From NCBI GenBank assembly GCA_040757035.1, contig JBFLYM010000004.1, forward strand, positions 1 to 57,350: a stretch of DNA of 57,350 nucleotides, given 5' to 3'. The DNA is from Candidatus Micrarchaeota archaeon. GTDB lineage: Archaea > Micrarchaeota > Micrarchaeia > Anstonellales > Bilamarchaeaceae. The translations under genes were made by a program, and so were the position numbers. Under the pieces are notes generated by a model, which was not told the DNA's origin, searched no databases, and saw only the letters and a list, made by a program, of their open reading frames with translations. Below are positions 53,098 through 57,350 of this stretch, one piece after another (the stretch's first letter is position 1; each line of letters opens with the position of its first letter).

Positions 53098-54147
53098 TTA
53101 CTCTCGACAATTTCCAAATTGAGTTGTCACGGTACTATTCAGTGTAGTATTGCATTCCGAAGGTAAAACATTAAATGCTTTGCACACAGCAATTTTTATT
53201 TCCTCTGGAGTGTACGCATCAACATTAGCTATTTTACCATTTATCACAAATGTTGGCGAACCTCGCACACCATATTGCTTATTTAAATCTTTTTCAACAG
53301 GGAATTGCGGATAGCGAGAAGCAATCCAACTAGACTTATCGTTATATAGATTGGTAATATTATATTCCGCATCAGTTGAATTATAACATGCATCAAACTT
53401 AGTTTTATTTATTTTTGAACTGCTAAAGCAAAGTGTGCTATTTATATTAGTTACAAAACAAGAAAGATACTCCCAATATTTTGATTCTTCTTCTTTTTGT
53501 ATACAATATTGTCTTAGATTCTCTTGAAGCTCCCCTGAGTCTGGATGCATTATATAATCAACAAATCTTATTTTAAAATCTGCCTTTCCTTTTAGAAAAT
53601 TTTGAACCGGTAAAATACCTTTCTCAGCCTGAATACCATATGGGCAATAACTCATTACAAAAACTTCTACCAAGGGTTTATCTGATTTAACGATTTGAAA
53701 TGAATCATTTTGTTTAGCTTGCAAAATTTGAGCTTCTAATTGTTTTATTTTTTCAGCAAATACATCCAATTCTTCTGCGTTGCTATAGATATATTGAAGA
53801 TTTCGCGATACTGGAATGAGTATGGCCCTATTTTCATCATCAGAAAAATTCAATAATACAAATTCGCCATTGTCTTTTGCATTATTAAACTTAAGTGTAA
53901 CATTTTGACTATATTGTACACGTATAAATGCTTCAATAGTTTCTTTAACTTTTAAAATTTTTTCTTGCGAAAATTGAGTGTTTTGTATAAAAGTATTATT
54001 TGTTATTTGTATGATAGTTGTATTGTTAGCAGGTTGAAAAGGATTACTCATAGGCCAAATATTAATACATCCAATAACAAATATCATTATTATCGCTAAT
54101 GCATAAACCGTAATTATATTCTTGTTTATTTTGCTCATATATACCAT
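53098..54147 (-). CDS. Membrane-anchored, extracytoplasmic thioredoxin-fold (DsbA-like) thiol:disulfide oxidoreductase
   Basis: It has an N-terminal TM anchor (IITVYALAIIMIFVIGC). The redox motif CPYG sits in VFVMSYCPYGIQAE. The C-terminal YGVRGSPTFVINGK resembles the DsbA/thioredoxin cis-Pro region. Confidence 0.6.
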   Translation of the reverse strand: MVYMSKINKNIITVYALAIIMIFVIGCINIWPMSNPFQPANNTTIIQITNNTFIQNTQFSQEKILKVKETIEAFIRVQYSQNVTLKFNNAKDNGEFVLLNFSDDENRAILIPVSRNLQYIYSNAEELDVFAEKIKQLEAQILQAKQNDSFQIVKSDKPLVEVFVMSYCPYGIQAEKGILPVQNFLKGKADFKIRFVDYIMHPDSGELQENLRQYCIQKEEESKYWEYLSCFVTNINSTLCFSSSKINKTKFDACYNSTDAEYNITNLYNDKSSWIASRYPQFPVEKDLNKQYGVRGSPTFVINGKIANVDAYTPEEIKIAVCKAFNVLPSECNTTLNSTVTTQFGNCRE

Positions 54148-54209
54148 TTCCTCGTTTTTGTTATTTATCGTTTTGCTTATATTTAACCAACTATTTATTA
54201 TTTTAAAAT

Positions 54210-54695
54210 TCAGTTTTTAATGTGTTCAATAATTCCGTGTTTTGTAGGCTTTAATACAATTATCACATCAGCAGTATTTTTTAATGCTATTGAAAATGCT
54301 AAGTCAAAAGCAATAACAATCGTTTTTTTCTTATATTTTTTTGCTTTTTTAAGTACAGGAATAAAATCAGTATCTCGCGTCATAAGCGCAAGAATATCCG
54401 TATCCTTTTCCATTATATATTCCATTGCTTCTACGGCCATGGTAACATCAACATCACCAGTGGTTATTTCAACTCCAAGACCTTGATTTACCATTGCTTC
54501 TATGAGTTTATCAGATGCATATTGATCAAGGTAAACTTTTGCAATACGAATATTGCCATATTTCTGAAGTTCATTTTTCACTTTCTTCAAATCAATGTCC
54601 ACTCCTTTTCTTATATTATTAGGACCATCTACAAGAAATACAATTTGATCGCTTTTATTTCTTCCGAAAATGGTATCAAAAAAACCTTTATTCAT
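54210..54695 (-). CDS. NYN/LabA-like (PIN-related) domain protein
   Basis: FLVDGPNN...TGDVDVTMAVEAMEY...DILALMTRDTDFIPVLKKAK has the layout of acidic residues typical of NYN/DUF88. Confidence 0.6.
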   Translation of the reverse strand: MNKGFFDTIFGRNKSDQIVFLVDGPNNIRKGVDIDLKKVKNELQKYGNIRIAKVYLDQYASDKLIEAMVNQGLGVEITTGDVDVTMAVEAMEYIMEKDTDILALMTRDTDFIPVLKKAKKYKKKTIVIAFDLAFSIALKNTADVIIVLKPTKHGIIEHIKN

Positions 54696-54791
54696 AAAGT
54701 CATCAACTGTTTAATTTATAAGATTATTAAATATAAAGTAATTTCGTCATAGATTATACCGAACCATCAAGGACCAAAGGTTCGCGGAAGC

Positions 54792-55514
54792 TTATATTAA
54801 ATGATCTAATTTGAATAACCTAATCGCATTTTTTGCCGTATGTTCTGCAATTATGTCAATGTCAAGTTTTTTAATTTCAGCGATATATTGAATCGCACAC
54901 TTAACTTCATAAAAATTTTTTGCAACATAAGGCGAATCAGTTTCAACCAATATATTTTCTAATGCAACATTATTTATAATCTTTTTCCTTTCTTTCGAAT
55001 ATACGGGGGGGATTGAAATAAGTGCGCCAAGATCAATCGCTTTTTCAGCTTCTTTGAGTGTGCCTGAAAAAAAATGCATCATTATCCCACTTTTCAATTT
55101 GCGCTCGCGCAAAATGTTGATTACTTCTGTCTCTGCTTCACGCGAATGAATAACCATCGGAAGTTTTATTTCCTCAACGAGCGAAAGCATTCTTTCAAAA
55201 AGTATTTTTTCCCTTTTTATTTCATCCTTACTTTTGGCCCAGTGAAAATCAAGTCCTATCTCTCCAATTGCAACAGGTGAATGTTTTTTTATTTCCGCAA
55301 TCCAAAGTTCTAGATTTGAGATTCCTTCTTTTACCGCAGTTTGCGGCGCAACGCCAAGTACATAAGGCAGATTATATTTTTTTGCGATTGCTACATTTGC
55401 GATGTTTGACGAGTGCGAATACCCAGTTGTAATCGGAAGCAAACCATTTTGCATTTTTATTGTTTTATAGCTGTCCAAATGGCAATGTGCATCAACAATG
55501 AGGGAAGCTGACAT
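54792..55514 (-). CDS. tatD: TatD-family metal-dependent hydrolase
   Basis: The N-terminal DAHCHLD, EIGLDFHW, VIHSREA and ETDSPY are TatD motifs. Confidence 0.85.
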   Translation of the reverse strand: MSASLIVDAHCHLDSYKTIKMQNGLLPITTGYSHSSNIANVAIAKKYNLPYVLGVAPQTAVKEGISNLELWIAEIKKHSPVAIGEIGLDFHWAKSKDEIKREKILFERMLSLVEEIKLPMVIHSREAETEVINILRERKLKSGIMMHFFSGTLKEAEKAIDLGALISIPPVYSKERKKIINNVALENILVETDSPYVAKNFYEVKCAIQYIAEIKKLDIDIIAEHTAKNAIRLFKLDHLI

Positions 55515-55680
55515 GAGAAATGTTTATAAATACCGAAATATTAATCCTTATGTGTTCTAAATTTTATAAAGTTATCAGATTTTTTTATAAAATATGCATA
55601 TTATTAGATTTCAACTGTATTAGATTTTAACTGAGTTTGATATTATCAGATCGCTAAAGATCGCTAAGTTTGGTGGTTTT

Positions 55681-56076
55681 ATGAGTAATGAAAAAATTTT
55701 TGTTACAGCAAAAGATTTAAAGGAAGGTAAATATCTTCTTATTGATGACATTCCATGTAAGGCTGTAGAGATAGATATCTCTAAATCAGGAAAGCACGGA
55801 GGGGCAAAAATGCGCATTGTTGCAATAGGAATTTTTGATGGTCAGAAAAAAACATTGCTTGTTCCTGGTGATCAGGATGTGGAAGCTCCGATAATTGAAA
55901 GAAAGAGCGTTCAAATTATGAGTGTAAATGGGAAAACAGCGCAAGTTATGGACAATGATTCGTATGAAATGTATGATTTAGAAATCCCTGATGAATATAT
56001 GGTTAATGCGCAGGCTGGGAAAGAAGCAGAAGTACTTCAGGCCATGGGTAGAAGAAAAATTGAAAGAATAAAATGA
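55681..56076 (+). CDS. eif5a: Translation initiation factor 5A (aIF5A)
   Basis: The hypusine loop SKSGKHGGAKMRI is present. The protein is 131 aa and is preceded by ggtgg. Confidence 0.9.
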   Translation: MSNEKIFVTAKDLKEGKYLLIDDIPCKAVEIDISKSGKHGGAKMRIVAIGIFDGQKKTLLVPGDQDVEAPIIERKSVQIMSVNGKTAQVMDNDSYEMYDLEIPDEYMVNAQAGKEAEVLQAMGRRKIERIK

Positions 56077-56086
56077 TGGTGGGAAA

Positions 56087-56416
56087 ATGGATATAACAAT
56101 TAATACTACGGAAAACGATATTCTTGGAAGAAAAGAGATTATCGCGAATATTCAATTTGATAAAAGTACTCCCACTAGAAAAGAAATAAAGGAAATCATC
56201 TCTGCAAAAATTGGTGCAAATCCTGACAATACTGTGCTTAGAGAAGTAAAATCAAGATTTGGAGTGCGAAGTATTAGAGCGGTTCTTCATGTTTATCCAA
56301 CGAAAGAAACGGCGTTGTTATTCGAACCAAAACACATACTTATACGCGATGGTATGGCTGAAAAAAAACAAAAAAAAGAAAAAAAGAAGATTTCTCCTCC
56401 TCCAACGAAAAAATGA
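56087..56416 (+). CDS. rps24e: Ribosomal protein S24e
   Basis: 109 aa with NDILGRKEI...F....TPTRKEIKE...FG.R...A...VY and a Lys-rich tail. Confidence 0.85.
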   Translation: MDITINTTENDILGRKEIIANIQFDKSTPTRKEIKEIISAKIGANPDNTVLREVKSRFGVRSIRAVLHVYPTKETALLFEPKHILIRDGMAEKKQKKEKKKISPPPTKK

Positions 56417-56434
56417 GTTTTCACTCTTCTTTTT

Positions 56435-57052
56435 TCATCTTAACAAGCTTCCAGCAACCCCTCCTATAATTGAACAAATTATATTAGAACTAGACTTATT
56501 CCCTATGCCTCTTTCCTCAAATACACCTGCGATGCTGTCTGCAATACTGCCTAAAAATCCTCCAACCCCGATCATAAATGCTGTGGTTGGTTTCACTCCA
56601 AAAATAAACACCGCGCATGCACCTATAACAAGCGCGCCTGCGAAACTCATTATCGTACCCATTGTACTCATTGCTCCGCTTGTTCCTGGCACAACTTCTT
56701 TAAAGGAAAAGAGGGATATTGGTTTATTTTTTCCAAGCACACCCAACTCAGAACCAAATTTATCAGCTGTCACTGCAGCTACAGAAGTTATAAATGGGAG
56801 AACCCCAAAAATATTATGTCCAACTACGAACAGAGTTGGTACAATGCCATTGCTTAGTACGTTTTCCCAACTTCTTTCATATTCATAAATACCAGATTCT
56901 TTTTTTTCTTCTGCCCCATAACGCGTAACTATTACAGATATTATAAGAAAAATTATTAAGAATGCAAGATATTCTTTTCCACCATAAACAAAAACCACTA
57001 TACCAAGAAGAAAAGAAAACATAAGCCCTTTTTTATCAAGCATTAAAGACAT
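56435..57052 (-). CDS. DUF92/TMEM19-family integral membrane protein
   Basis: 205 aa, polytopic. AAVTADKFGSELGVLGK and GGVAGS resemble DUF92 conserved blocks. Confidence 0.5.
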   Translation of the reverse strand: MSLMLDKKGLMFSFLLGIVVFVYGGKEYLAFLIIFLIISVIVTRYGAEEKKESGIYEYERSWENVLSNGIVPTLFVVGHNIFGVLPFITSVAAVTADKFGSELGVLGKNKPISLFSFKEVVPGTSGAMSTMGTIMSFAGALVIGACAVFIFGVKPTTAFMIGVGGFLGSIADSIAGVFEERGIGNKSSSNIICSIIGGVAGSLLR

Positions 57053-57350
57053 TATTCCACTCTTATTTCATTATTTTCTTCCAAAGCTATTTTTCTTTCT
57101 ATAAACTTTGAAATTATATACGCATTTGTTTTGATATGCATAGTGAGGGTAGAAGTTTTAAATCTTGACCTTCCGCTTGCGAGTGCCGCATAAACAAGAA
57201 TCTGATCTGCGAGATGCTTATCTACTTGACTTCGCCATGGGCCGTGGGCATTGCGCCCCGAACCAATATGGCACCTAATTATTGAAAGGATGTGCGCTTC
57301 ATTTATTTGGTGATAAAATGAATGCAGACACATCCATATCTTTAGGCGGA
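57052..57350 (-). CDS. rtcA: RNA 3'-terminal phosphate cyclase (RtcA), C-terminal part; the gene runs off the window end
   Basis: VDKHLADQILVYAALASGRSRFKTSTLTMHIKTNAYIISKFI parallels the E. coli RtcA region VDEYLADQLVLPMALAG...H..TN..V...F. No true start lies inside the window. Confidence 0.7.
   Translation of the reverse strand, partial: RLKIWMCLHSFYHQINEAHILSIIRCHIGSGRNAHGPWRSQVDKHLADQILVYAALASGRSRFKTSTLTMHIKTNAYIISKFIERKIALEENNEIRVE

Noticed and set aside
52558-53117. Small ORFs (52558-52761, 52629-52826, 52923-53117) in the HTH-DsbA gap
   Set aside because: They lie within the exons and introns of the tRNA-Leu gene and cross its hairpin repeats. The tRNA interpretation explains the region far better.

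Overview
This is an AT-rich, tightly packed archaeal chromosome segment. The information-processing genes are clearly archaeal: Orc1/Cdc6, Hjc, EndA, RpoE'/Spt4/RpoK, aIF5A, S24e, archaeal-type PheRS-alpha and GlyRS, and CDC48. Housekeeping genes include PMK-like and MDD-like mevalonate enzymes, GlnA, a Glu/Leu-type dehydrogenase, SecDF, and a grpE-dnaK-dnaJ operon. From the compactness, low G+C and Asn/Lys-rich inserts I infer a small-genome, possibly DPANN-like archaeon; this cannot be proven from the window alone.

Four things stand out.

(1) A ~23 kb envelope locus spans 11550-34358. It holds a nine-gene plus-strand operon: six tandem paralogous polytopic membrane proteins of no family I recognise, a 1253-aa Cys-rich lipobox protein, a 2002-aa Cys-rich beta-helix transmembrane giant, and a triple zinc-ribbon protein. 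A divergent minus-strand operon of anchored surface proteins has pheS embedded in it. This is my best candidate for an undescribed system.

(2) A tRNA-Leu(UAG) gene at 52601-53081 is interrupted by three introns of about 35, 86 and 274 nt, located in the D-arm, at position 37/38 and in the T-loop. The largest intron is bounded by 63-nt direct repeats. An EndA homolog elsewhere in the window has its catalytic His replaced by Arg.

(3) A network of near-identical dispersed repeats and a MITE-like insert is present. It includes a perfect 95-bp copy of an internal gdh segment. Much of it lies around three COG1373-type (AAA_14/DUF4143-like) ATPase genes.

(4) The gap downstream of orc1/endA is a structured non-coding region. 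It has a three-helix pseudoknot-like complementarity, a 29-bp tandem repeat and a 10-bp-phased iteron array. A second 430-bp gap may hold an ncRNA.

I saw no rRNA, CRISPR array, integrase or transposase.
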